Of a stretch of 64,000 bases of DNA, positions 27,063-41,025 are shown in pieces. The notes beneath the pieces were generated by a model that saw only the letters and a program-made list of their open reading frames with translations, did not search any database and was not told the origin of the DNA. Positions within the stretch are counted from its first letter, which is position 1; the number at the start of each line of letters is the position of its first letter. The translations under genes were made by a program, and so were the position numbers. This DNA is from the human T2T-CHM13v2.0 reference genome, Homo sapiens. Where the stretch lies: the NCBI RefSeq assembly GCF_009914755.1, contig NC_060927.1. The stretch is one strand, 5' to 3'.

Positions 27063-27236
27063 CTGTAGGGGAAGGAAGGAGAGGGTGGTCATGCCCAGGA
27101 GTCGTGCTGATGAAGATCCTAAAGAATTTCGATAATTTAATAACACTATGAGGATTATTAAATCCTTCATAAATAAGACTTATTTATGAAATATATTTAT
27201 GAAATATAACATTCTATATGAGTTTTTAGTTTTGCT

Positions 27237-27706
27237 TGTTTTAGTTTCCCGAGGCTGCTGTAACAAATTACCACAAACCTGGTGGTTTAAAACAATAGAA
27301 ATGTATCATCTTACAGTTCTGGAAGCTAGGAGTCCAGATCCAGCAAGGCCACCCTCCCTGGGGACTTACAGGAGAATGCTTCCCTTATCTTTTTCAGTTC
27401 CTGGTGGCTGCCCTAGTATTCCTAGGTTTGTGGCTGCACCACTCCAATCTCCGCCTCTGTCTTCACATTGTTTTCTCCTCCTGTGTCTATATTACCACCT
27501 GTTGCCTCTCTCTTATAAGGGCACTTATAAAATAGATACTGGCACTTGTGAAGGCATGCAGGATTTACTGGATTAATCCAAGGTAATCTCCTCATTTCAA
27601 GATCTGTAACTTAATTACATCCAAAAAGACTCCTTTTCTGTATAAGGTAACATGAACAAATTCCAGGGATTAGCACTTGATATCTTTGGGTATCTTTTGT
27701 TCCACA
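27237..27706 (-). mobile_element. MLT1C-like solo LTR
   Basis: GGCTGCTGTAACAAATTACCACAAAC, CACTCCAATCTCCGCCTC, CTTAATTACATC. Confidence 0.85.
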
Positions 27707-30029
27707 AATTATTCATAAGGTCTGTGAAATCCTATTTTTTCTGTATCTGTATCATGAAAGCTCACGGTTTGGCAGAGGGGTCTCTTTCTACCTGAACAAC
27801 AAATGCATTTGAATATAAACAAATCCAGGTTCACTAACATCTGCATTCCTACTCTGAAGGGCAGTGACAGAGCAGCCAGAGGGATCCTGAGCCAGCAGAG
27901 CACTGATAAGTTGCAAGAGGCCTAATGGGAACAATCAAAGAGACATGAGTTGATTAACACAATCTTGATTAGCACATAAACACTTCCATTAAAACACACA
28001 CACACACAATCTATGGCTTCCTTGCAAGTGACTTGTTGGCAGAACCCTCAATTTTAAATTATAATCCAATCTGAGGTGATACAGCTGCCACTGCCCAGTG
28101 TAGAATGGTCTAGAGCACAGAATTTTCCAAAATGAAAATTATAAACTATAGAAATGAGCAGTCATGAAGAAACATAGATGCTCTTAAAAAGAAGAGGTGA
28201 GCAAATGGTTTATGCACGCAATTGCACAATTTCCAGTACTCCAGAAATATAGCGATGATGGTCTGCATGTATGTTAATATTATAATTTAAAAGATACTGA
28301 CTATAAGAAAAGAGAAATATTTTAAAAACTTTTAAGAGAGGTGAAATTTGAATGTAAACAAAGCTCTGGAGAAAATAATAAATAGAGGAGTCTCTTCACA
28401 TGGTGCCTTTCTCACTGCCAAAGTTGATGGATAGGACTAGGGGTTCAGAAGAATTCTTAGTGAAGCTGAGAAGTCAGTCATCTCCTGTCTCTATGAATGA
28501 TAGCTCTTGATTTATGAGCAGACATCTAAAGGTAAGTAAGAAGAGCACAGACTCCAAATAACAGCATATTAACAGCTCTATTTAAAAGAAAAAGGAAAAA
28601 AAAGAAAAGCAGCACTTATGACTTTATTATGGAAATTAAGCATTTAATAGATATCTATATAATCCTTTTTTGAATTGATAAGGAAAAACATCCTCAGAGG
28701 GAAAATAAATTTTGGTTTCTTTTTCTTTCCCTGAAGGATGGAACTTTTAACAATAGCCTGTAACAGTTTAACAAGGGCTTCCTCACTTTTCAGTTAAATC
28801 TGAATTGGGTCATTATTCCTTAATTGCAAAGCAAGAAAAACCTGTTCAAAGTGTTAAACTAGGTAACAGACAAACACATTAGTTTTCAGCTTTTTTTTAA
28901 ACTTTCTAGAATGCTTTGGTATTATCTATCTCATGAAGACAAAACACAGGGTCTACTTAAAAAAAAAAACCACAAAACAAAAAACAACAGAAAGTTTTCC
29001 TCAAGTCAATATATAATAGGAAACATATAATGGACACAAGCTTGCTATGAGATTTCATAGTCTGTGGAAAAGCCATTTCCCCACAATGGTTAAGGTTATT
29101 AAAGCACACATCAGGGCTTCTGGTAGTCACCTAATCTTTTAGAGCCTTGAGTCACTGATGAAAACAATTTCATTCTCAGAACAGTTTTCTTTTTTCTTCC
29201 TCGTCTCACCCTCCACCTCTATGCCTGTTGCAGCATATCCTTTTCTGATTTCAGAGAAAGCTCACAATAAGATTGCAAACAAGTGTTGGTAATTGGACTA
29301 TTACAGGCTTCCATGGATAATCTGGGTAATTCTCAGCATTGTCACCAAATGTCACTGCAGTCTGTAAGGAAGCTGAAAGTAAGGCAAGCCCTTACATGGA
29401 TTTTGAGATGGTTTCTATTTTGAAAGGCAGCCAACCACCACCACAATTGGCCCTAATTGTTTCTCTTGTTGGCAGTCTCAGGAGAGAGGACAGGGATGAA
29501 TGAGTGAGGGAGGCTTAAAGTGTTTCTCATTAGGAGCTCGTCCTGTGTGGGTCAAGGCTGAAGCACCCAGGAAAATGGTGCATACAGCAGGGATCCTTAC
29601 GGCTCTACCTTACTTATGGGTAAAAGAGATGCCAGTCTAGGACTTCCATTTAACATCCTCACTGCAATAATCTGAATTGATTAAATGAGAAGAATAACAA
29701 AGAGGACAGGATGAGTGGTATTGGAAATGAGGGGAAGCTATTTTGGGTTAGGAGAACTGGGAGAAATAACTGGCCACTAAAACTCAGGAATTCAGAGAGG
29801 TTTTTCCTCTAACTTGAAATGTGGGATCTAAGGTTTCATCACCTCTAAGCTCTTGTGAATTTGTGGGGATATTTTCTTCCTTTCCTTCTTTTTCCCCATT
29901 ATGAAAATGACATTCACTAATGAGGAAGAGATGTTCAATTTCATTTCAAAATTATATTTGAAGAAAACTACATAAAACTAATATAAGCCACTTAAACATA
30001 AAAATCACATATTTATTTTCTATTTTAGA

Positions 30030-32190
30030 TTTTTAAAAAATGAACTTCTAATTTCTAAAGAGTTTAATATTTACCCAAACATTGCAAAGATAGTAGAGTT
30101 CACATGTGCCCAATTCCTCCCACTGTTAACATTTTGCATTAGTAAGGCACATTTTGTCACAATTAATCAATATTGGTCTAATCCATATTTTAATTAGATT
30201 TCCTAAGTTTTTCCCTCATGTCATTTTTCTGTTCCAGGATCTTACCTAGAATACCACATTACATTTATTTATGTCTCCTTAGGCTCTTTGTGCTGTAACA
30301 GTTTCTCGGACTTTGTTTCTGATGACCTTGACAATCTTAAGGAACACAGGTCAGGTATTTTATGGAATGCCCTTCAATGTGGGTTTCTTTGATGTATTTT
30401 CTTATGGTTAAACAGAGGTTATTTGGGAGAGTTTCTGAGTTTGGGGGTGGGGAAACCACAGAGGTAAGGTGCCATTGTCATCATATCAAGAGTACATATT
30501 ATCAACATGACCCATGACTCGATGACCTTCATCACCTGGCTGACGTAGTGTTTGTCAGGTTTCTCCACTGTGAAGTAGCTGTTTTTCCCTCTTTCCATAC
30601 TGCAATCTTTGAAAGAATGTCACAATATGCAGCCATATTTAAAAGGTAGGGAATTATGCTCTACCTTCTTGAGAGGGAAATATTCGTATAAATAATTTGT
30701 AATTCTTCTGCATGGGAGATTTGCGATTTGGTTCTTCTCTCCTATTTAATTATTTATTTATTTAATCATTTATTTATATCAGTATGAATTCACAGATACT
30801 TATTTTATTCTCTGGGTTGTAATCCAACACTACATTATTCATTTTGTTGCTCAAATCCTTCCAGCTTTGGGTATTGGGAACTCTCCCTGTTGGCTTCTGT
30901 ATTTCTTTGACCTTTCTCCATCATTGTGGAGGGTTTTAATTTTTTTAATCATTTGTTTGTTTTGTTTTGTTTGTGTGCATGTCTTTAGCTCTACGCTCAT
31001 CGTATACATTCCCTGACCCAGCCCTAGAATCAGACATTTCTCCAAGGGACCCTAGCTTATTTTATTGGAGAATGGCATTAGAAACCAATATCTGAATTCT
31101 GGGTATTTTATTACTACTGGGTCGCCTTTCCTCAAGGCCCACTCAGCTGACAGAGCAACAACATATATGTATCTACGCTAACTGATGTGCACACAAGTGT
31201 CCATAAATACCTCTAGGTATATCCATCTCTATTAAAGTAAATATGAGTTCATATTGATGTTTCCAACTGTCAACCTGTACTACATGGATCATTCTGGCCT
31301 CCCTTACACCTTGCACACCGGTACTCTCCAACTCCGACAGTGAAAAACCTAGCTGATGCCATAAGCTATCTAATTTATTTAACTGCACAATTCCAGTATA
31401 TATGTAAAGTGGTTTCAGAATTGCTAGCCCGTACCACTACGGAATAGAACTTTGCCAATTGGGTTTAGTGCTTACAGTTCCTTTTGCCATTAATCTTATA
31501 TTGTACACTAATTTCTAAAGGCACTTAGATCTGTCCCTTTTCCCCCATCCACTTCAGTTAGATTTTTCATACATTTTCAATATGGTAAACTCTTTGTCAC
31601 AGTCTGTATTACAGCCTGGAATCACCTGACCTCCTAGATGATTTTTACTGTGTATAACTCTTTGGGTAGTAAAATTTTATGGGTTTGGATAAATGCATAT
31701 TGTCATGTATCCAACAGTACACTATCATACAAAATAGTTTCGCCACCTTACAAAATCCTGTTTTTCACCTTCACCTATTCTACTGTCCCCCTTCAATAAA
31801 CCTCAGCTATCACCGATCTATTTATCATCTCTAAAGGTCATTTTTTTCTAGAATATTATATAAATGGAATAATCCAGTATACAGCCTTTTCAGATTGACT
31901 TCTTTCACCTACCAATATGCATTTAAGGCTTTGCTATGTCTTTTCATGGCTTGATCACTCATTTTTTAAAAAAAAATCATTGAATAACTGTATGGATCTA
32001 ATTACAGTTTGTTTATTCATTCACTTATTGAAGGACATCTTGGTTGCTTCCAGTTCTTAGAGATTATAATAAAGCTGTTATAAACATTCACATGAAGGTT
32101 TTTGTGTGGACATAAGTTTTCAAATCAGTTAGATAAATACCTACAAGCACAAATGCTGAATTGTATGATGAGATTATGTTTAGCTTGCAG
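30030..32190 (-). mobile_element. L1MC/MD-type long 3'UTR
   Basis: CTGTTCCAGGATC, TTTGTCAGGTTTCTCCACTGT, TTGAAGGACATCTTGGTTGCTTCCAG, TTTTGTGTGGACATAAGTTTTC. Confidence 0.8.
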
Positions 32191-33104
32191 ACTATTTGTA
32201 CCAGGAACAAAATAAGAAACCAATAGTTGACTGCACTCTTGTCCTGCCGAAAACCACAGATACATGCCTATTATGCTCTCTTAAAAGGCCCTGAGAGTAT
32301 TTACGTGAGAAAAAAATGGAAAAGGATCAGCTTCAAAGTGGTGGTGAAGAGAAATGTATTCTTGCCACCCTTATAGTATGAAGACAAAGGCTGACCTTAA
32401 AACACACTTCCTGCAGGGCTTCAGATCTATACAGGCCAGTCTCAAGATGCTTTTCAGTTTATAGTCATCTTTCTCACATGAATTCTGATGGTCCAAATTC
32501 TATGATTTTTAATCTGCTATTTAAATTGCATAAAATGAAACAAAGTGAAAGGAATCTGCATAAGTATATTTTGGGTCATTTAGAAGACCACTTTACACCA
32601 CCTCAACTTTGCTAACTCAACTCCATGCCCACGTTTTTATCTATTACCAGTCACAAAGGTCAAGTGACACTGTGGAACACTGATGCAGAGATCTCCCAAT
32701 AGTTTAGCAGTGTAGTAATATTCATTCTTGGATTGTCTCAAAGCCGTATTCTTAGGACTATATGAGAATAGTTTTGCTTTCTTTTTTTTTGTTTAGAAGT
32801 GCTCTGTATATTCATTCACGAGCAATTCTGTGGTGGAGCATAGGCAGTCACAGGACGCCTTTTGAAGAAATATCAATGAGAAGGAATCCCTTACTTGCTG
32901 AGAGGATGAATCAAAAGATAGAAGTACTCATTACAAAGATAGAATTCACACCTAGCCCTAGCTATTTTTCCCTCAGATTAGACTCATGCACATTTATGTT
33001 CTTTACGTACGTACCTAAAATAGTTACCTAGAATTTTTTTCTGGTAAGATTAGATATGCAACCTTTGAGGCTAGAGGTCTTCCAAAACCAAAAGTCCCTG
33101 TCAA

Positions 33105-33195
33105 GCTCTCTGTATCTGTCTCTGTCTCTGTCGCTGTCGCTGTCCCTCTGCCTCTTTCTCTCTCTGTCTCTCTGTGTATGGATATGTGTGTGTAT
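33105..33195. repeat. (TCTCTG)n / (TG)n low-complexity tract
   Basis: Visible simple repeats. Confidence 0.85.
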
Positions 33196-33319
33196 GCACA
33201 TACGAGTTCGCATACATGTACTCAAATTATGCCTGCAACTATAGAAATCAGAAAGCAAACAAGGGTTGGTGTAGATACTATTTGAGGAAATCCTGCTATT
33301 GCTAGAAATTATGCTATTT

Positions 33320-33830
<511 letters not shown>

Positions 33831-35026
33831 TCTACATCTGGTTAAACACAGTGTCAAGAATCTCCTGTTAAGTTTACCTTAAAGAACATTTCATAGCATT
33901 ACGGCTCATCTTATGCTGCAACCCCTTTGGCACTGCCTTTTATAAAAGAGTAAATTAGCTTAAATACCTGCTGATCTAGACAACATCCATGTAATAGTAG
34001 AAAACGTTGTGATATTTCACAAAGCGTAATCCAAGTATTATCTGTGTCATAATTAGCTGGGGTGATGATTAAAATGTTGATTCTTGGGTCAAAACCTACT
34101 CTGCAGGTATTTTTATATACACCTAATCTTAAAATTTGTCTATGATGCCCTCAAAGCTTACTTTTCCAGTTTTCAAATAAACCAGCATGCTCTTCATTTT
34201 AATTGGGATAAAAGTTGGTTTAGATACCTTTATTAAGTGGAAACTGAATGGTAATCCTTCATTTTATCAGGAGCTTCATAAATAAAGGCAGAAATAATAT
34301 AAAAGCCAAAAATATTCTGAGATGTCAAGAATGGAAGACAGTTGTTTTAAAAATAATTATTATTTAAAACAAAGTCAAATGTGCCAGAAAATGCAAAACA
34401 GGTACCTAATAGTGGTGGAAAAGAGTTAGAAGATCAAGGTTTGTCTTGAAGTTGAGGGAGTATGTGGGAAGTTAGGGGTGTGTTGAAATACAACTGACAC
34501 AGAAAGAGGTTCAGGACAAAATCATGATAAGGCAGAAAAAGCTCCAAGTACTGGAAGAAGCTGGTGAAAAAAGTCCTTTTACCCTCAGGAAGTCATAGGA
34601 CTAGACCTCTGGGGCTTCCATTAAGTCCAGTCTTTTAGAGTACTGTCATTTATGACTTTCTCCTTGGGAAAAGGATACATTTATGGCTTTTTCCTTGGGA
34701 AAACTATACCTGATGACTACATCAGGTATAGTTCTTAAGGGAGGGTGGGGGTGGTGCCTATATGTTCAGTAGGACTAAATGACTTCTCTGAGGGGGCTTC
34801 CAGGCCTTTAGTATACAGCATACAGAAAAGGCCAGAGCTTGCCAAAAAACAGAGCACTGCAAAAAGAGTTGCATGAGGAATGCCTGTGAACAGGAGGGGC
34901 TAAAGATGAACGCTTTGCCTTTAATTTTCTAGGAAACCATAGACTCAAGAATTTGATAAAATTGAGTAAAAGAGAATTGCCTTCCTTGTTCAATTAAAAA
35001 AAAGAAAGAAAGAAAAAGAAAAAAAA

Positions 35027-35395
<369 letters not shown>

Positions 35396-35869
35396 TTAAT
35401 ATTCCAGAGATTTACCCCTTACAGACTTGATATCTGTTTGATCCCAGTTCTGTGGACCTTGATTCAATTCTGACCCAAGCTTGGAAGCTTCTAATTTGCA
35501 TTTTCCACAGTCCTATCTTGAAGGCTGTTACTCAGACTGCTTTGACCCTCAGCTTTGTGCAAATGCAGCCTCTGATGCTTTGGAAATAAAGCAAGACCTT
35601 GCATTTACTTTAATGTCTGTTGCTGACAATTGTTCCACTTTATCACTCCAAATGAATTCTTCCTCCCACACCAAGGTCATGCTCTGACTCCCGTGTCTCT
35701 GCCACTACCCTTCTTGCTAATTACTGCTTTTTTCTAAAAATTCTGCTGCTGTTTCATTATTCTAATATTTCCAGTAGTGTAGACAGCACAGGCATTTAAC
35801 TGAAAATATTATAGAAAACAGAGGAACATCTATAACCTAAAGCAGCCAGGGATTTTTTTTTTTAATATT

Positions 35870-36060
35870 TAAAAGAAAATTCAAGATGCTGAAGTCAAAC
35901 TCCACAGCCTTCACCATTTTGCCGAAGGTCAGACCTATATGTGGACAACCGTGCTAAATCCAAGAAAAGCTGTGAATGTGATATATTTTCATTTATACCT
36001 GACAAAGACCCCTTTCCACTTTGTACAGTTTACAGAGATGGTAGAAATATTCTATAAAAA
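35870..36060 (+). mobile_element. Probable L3/CR1 reverse-transcriptase remnant
   Basis: Translation KAVNVIYFHL resembles CR1 RT KAVDVIYLDF. Confidence 0.4.
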
Positions 36061-36989
36061 TGTGTTTTACCATTGTTTATTAATCAAGACCACTATTGTG
36101 AAATTTAAGAGAAGGTTAAAGGAAGCAGATAGTTCATTTTCCAAAAAGCTCAGAGAAGACTAGCTTACACAGAAGAAAACAATTTCATGAATACTTTTAA
36201 AATTAAAATGATCAAATTGTCTAGGCAAACTGATGTGCTATAAGACCCACAGCAAAGTCTGGGAGGATTTGTCTGTGGTAGGTGGGGCAGGAAGTCCCAT
36301 TGGGGGAAAAAAATTAAACTTGTGACCTGCCTATGTGTGGGGGTGATATGGTCCTTTTAATTTATTTTTTTGGAGTGTGATAGCATCTCTTCAGATGGGA
36401 GATATGATGAAATCACAGGAGAGGCTGTTCCATGTGACTTCAAGGTTAATAAGAGGGAAACTTGGCAATGACAGGGCCAGCAGACAGGGAGAAAAATCTC
36501 CCTTTAAAGCTACAGATCGAAGGGTTGGAGTGATATCTATGTGACATTTCACCACTGATGTTCCTGATTAATTATCAACAATTCAAAAGAATATCAGGGT
36601 AGAGAATGGGAAGCTCTTGACAGTTAAAAGGGACATAACCTCATTAAATCTTTGGGATACAGCTTCTCTCAAGTCATTTCAGAGATGGGAAAAATGATCT
36701 CAAGTGTGTAGATCAGAAAGAAATTACATTAAATTCTTAGCATCAATGTGATTTTAAGAGCATTTATTACAATAATAGCATTTGCCATACCAATCCTAAC
36801 ACATGTTCTAAAAACATGTGTTATAAATTGATTAAATATTTATAGCAGGATTATTTGCAATAACACAAAATTAAGAGTCTAGATGTCAATCAATAAGGAT
36901 ATTGCTAAATCAAATATGATATATTCATGTTACAATTTACTGTGGCAGTTAAAGAATGAACTTGATGTATTTATAACACATATAGCTTT

Positions 36990-37205
36990 TGCAAGATGTC
37001 AGGCACTATTTCAAATGGTTTATGCATCTTAAATAATTATCACAACAAAGCTGGGAGTATACAAAAAGTAGAATACAAACCTATTGTATCCCAGTTGTAC
37101 AGATGAAGAACTGGGAAACAGAAAGATTAATAATTTCTTTAAGGTCTCACAGACAATACATAGACCCATGTAGTCTGGCTTCACAATCCAGACTCTTAAC
37201 AATAC
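36990..37205 (-). mobile_element. MIR, within a probable L1ME fragment (about 36840-37400)
   Basis: TACAGATGAAGAACTGG, GTCTGGCTTCACAATCCAGACTCTTAAC. Confidence 0.6.
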
Positions 37206-38799
37206 GCTTTATTTTCTTTGGTCTACTTTAAACGGTATATGTTAAAAAAATAATTTGATATAAAAAAGACAAGTTTAATACTACTAAAAAGCTACGTCAG
37301 AGAAAAATAACAATATCTTACACATCGTACTCTACTTTGGATATATACTGGGCATATATGTATACACATACCTATAAGAATGTGTTTGTGTGTGTATTAT
37401 ATGTACACAGAGAGAGAGAGAGAGGAGAGACAGAGACAGAGAGAGGAAAAAGTCTACAATGCTGGTAAAGGGAGTTTGTCTTTCTTTTCAATATTGTAAT
37501 TCCTATGTTAAGAATGTATCTATGTATCTCTCATAAAATTGTGAAGAATTAAAGTAAAATTAAATTAAAGTAAAACAGAGCTGGAGTCCTTTTCCCAAAA
37601 CAGAGGACAGATGAGAAAACACCTTCTACATTTTTTCCAAACTAACTATAAACTACTTAAGGGTCCTGCCTACCCACACCTTCCTTTTAGACCTTGTCTC
37701 TCACCACTGCCCCTGGCTAATCAAATCAGACACTGTTTTTCAAACGTGCTGCATCTCCCAAATCTAGACTTCCACTTAGGCAGGCTCTTCTGTTTATCAA
37801 AACTGCTTTCTCTTTCCAACACACTTAAGTCCCTTTTGATGAAAGCCAGCCCTTGCTCCAAGGCCCATCTTGAATGCTAGCTCTTCAGAAAAGCCCCCAA
37901 TGGGTAGTGCTAAGCATTCTTCTTTCAAGTCCTCAAGGCTTTCCAAAGCTTCCATGTGGAACCAAGTTCTGCCTTAGGTTTTTGCAATGTCTTATAACCC
38001 ATGTTGAAATGTAGCATCCTGAGGATGAGCACTGGGTCTGGTTCCTTTATGTGTAAACTGTTTAGTTAAGGAATCTCAACGAGTTGAGAATACACATGGG
38101 AAATGGTATCACTTTTTTTTTTTTTCAATTTTGGTCCTCTAAATATGCTTTGTCTTCCTGAAATGAAACTTTGGCTTAATAACTAGTCCCAATTCTAACA
38201 GCTCACTCACTTGCATTTATTAAAACAATCTACTTCTGGCAGATAGGATGCTACCACTTTCCTTTCAAAATGTCAGCCTCAAACTCAGTTCAAAGTTGTC
38301 TTTCCCAGCCCCTAATACACGTTAGCCCCTGTGGCTCTGGTGGGCGTGTAAGTAGGGGAAAAGAGAGACCATACACTTTTTTCACACCTGTTTCTCCCTT
38401 TATTTCTGACTCTCCTTCAGAGGTATATGGAAGGCTACGTGTCTCTTGGGGGTGAGGGTCTCATCCTGTTTCTGGTCATTATTTTACTTATTGATTGATT
38501 GGCTAGTGCCACTTCTCAAAACTCTACAGGGTAGCAAGTGATCAAAAAGCTGATATTCTCATGGAACATTTGTATATGCACTTTGGACAATCCTGGGGTG
38601 TCTCCCTATTATCTTGTTCCCTGAGATGAGAAATAAAGCTGTGATTCAAATATGTCCTTTGTCTTTATTTCTCACCACCAGGAGTTTGGATACAGCTCCT
38701 TTATGTGGAGTCTTCTCACCAGGACTTTAGGTGGAGTGCCAGTAATAAGCCTAACTTCTTCTCAGTGTCCTGGAGACATACGGGAAATTCATGTACGAT

Positions 38800-39186
38800 T
38801 GCCACACTTAACTGTTTGTGCTGCTATAACAAAAATCCATCAGACTGGGTGGCTTAGATACCAAGTTTAAACAACAAATATTTCTTTCTCACAGCTCTGA
38901 AGGCTGGGAGTATAAGATCAAGATGCCGTTTGATTCAGTGTCTGATGAGGCCCCACTTCCTGGTTCATAGACGGTTGTCTTGTCACTGTGTCCTTACATG
39001 GCAGAAGGGAAGAAGAGATCTCTGGGGTCTCTTTTATAAGAACACTAATCCTATGAGGGCAGAGCCCTCATGACCTAGTCACCTACCAAAGGCCCCTCCT
39101 CCAAGTAGCCATCACCTTGGGAGTTAGGATTTCAACAGATGAATCTTGTAAGAGTGGGGGAGAAAACAAAGGTTCAATCTATAGCA
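38800..39186 (-). mobile_element. MLT1A/MLT1A0 solo LTR
   Basis: GCTGCTATAACAAAA, TCTCACAGCTCTGAAGGCTGGGA, GTTAGGATTTCAACA, ends ATAGCA. Confidence 0.88.
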
Positions 39187-40629
39187 CATGCCAAATAGTA
39201 GGAGAGCAGGAGCCACTCTGAGGTGATCTCACAGTCTTGCCATCTCCCTCCAAATATCTCTACTTCAAGTTGTAAAGAGTCAGATCAGTAGAACAGGTGG
39301 CCAAATCCCAACCAACTGTAGAATAAAATAAATCTGCGCTTTCTAAACTTTGATTATTTCCCCTCACCTGAGAGTCTTAATCTTCTTACAGTGATGTGTG
39401 TTTCTATGTGTCTGTGTGTGTACGGTGGAGGTGTCAGAAGCGAAGTGGGCAATGAATTGATTTTGCTTCACCTCAGAGAGCATCCTCTCAGTAAATTCCT
39501 TGGGGAAATGTCTGATCACCATTGATGGTGGCTCTTGGAATCTAGAATATGGATACTTAGCACTTTTTGACCTGAGCTTTGAGTGTTGAACACAATTGCA
39601 ACATAACAGGAAAATTCTTGCTCTGCTTCATGATGAGGTATGAACCTTCCTCAACGATCAGCTCTGGGTCTGGGACAGAAATGGGTACACAATAGAGATT
39701 GCTGAATAGAATCCCTGAGAGGCTCCAAATCAGATGATGTCTGGGAGAAGACAGGCTCAGGAAAATGGACACACTATTCTCTGGAGTGGCACTGGGGAAG
39801 TTTCAGTAGCACAGATTCACTGCCTCCCCATTCCTTCCTGCTCACCACACAAAACAGATCTCTCTCCCTACAAGTCTGTGTTTCCATTCAAGGAAACAGA
39901 ATTTGAAAACAGCTGTGTGTCCTAAGGCCCAGCAGCAGCCATGACGCCTACTGGGCTCTGGAGCAGGATCCAGCCTGTCTCCTCCCCCTGTCTCACATTG
40001 CCTCACATTCCTCTCCAGCCAGCTCCACAGAAGCCTGGCACACCTGCGTTTGCCTTATTTGAACCTGCCTCTTGAAGGAAGCCCTTTTTTGCCTGTTCCC
40101 TCCCATTCATTAGTTTTCTGTTCTCTGTTCATTTCTCTAGATTTGAACTGAAACTTGGTGGGGAATCTTCTGTTTCCTCAACAGCTACTTGAATGTACAC
40201 CCCAGCCCAACAGGTGTTCACACACACGTTCAGATCCCCACTGATTTGTTTTTGCCTTTAGTTTAAATTTCACAGAAGTGTCAATAAACTAATCTTAAAA
40301 GGTACAGGCCTCAACAGGAGCCAAAACCTAAAATATTGACAAATGAGCTCAAAACACCATGAATCCAGTAAGTTAAACCTGATAGTTCTGAAATATATAT
40401 TTCTTCTTTCACTATTCTACCTGTAATGGGAAGCACGGAAGAGCTAGGGTCAAGAGAAAAAGACAACATGTCTACATTCACAGTTTTCTTTAAAACTGTC
40501 TTCTCTCCCTCTCAGAGACAAACACTTGGATATACTAAGAACTATCCATGTCCTTACATCCATAATCACACTAGCACAGGCTTCTGTGCTCAATGACTCA
40601 CAAGACCTGGTTGGTGGTTGGAGTGGGAA

Positions 40630-41025
40630 TGCATAGGTCAACATTTACTCAGCACGAATATGCCCCAGAAAGTCTATATACCACCCCGTAAGATGTATTC
40701 AGGCTCAGAGAGGGTAGGTAACTTGTCCAAGTCACATCCAGGGAAGCAACAGAGACAGAATTTAAATTAGTTCTTCCCGATGCCATGATACTTTCCCATT
40801 ACACAGTGCTGCCTTCTGGGGTAGCAGGGTTAGCCTCTGAACACTATTCCCAAATCCTACGCATATCGGAGTCAGTTGGAGAATCTCTTTTAAAATATAT
40901 ATTTTGAGGTCTCATGCCTAGATATTTTTATTTTTAAGTCTTAGTTGGAACTATGGGAATGTATGTATAGTTTTAAAGTACCCCCAGGTGAGTCTGATCT
41001 ACTGATGGATTTGAAAAACACTATT
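40630..41025. mobile_element. MIR followed by a MER5-like fragment
   Basis: AGGCTCAGAGAGG..AGGTAACTTGTCCAAG; CCCCAGGTGAGTCTGAT...TTTGAAAAACACT. Confidence 0.55.

Noticed and set aside
27199-27576. 125-aa ORF with a signal-peptide-like start
   Set aside because: Lies almost wholly in an antisense MLT1 LTR
33028-33258. Arg/Asp-rich (RD repeat) ORF
   Set aside because: Translation of a (TCTCTG)n microsatellite
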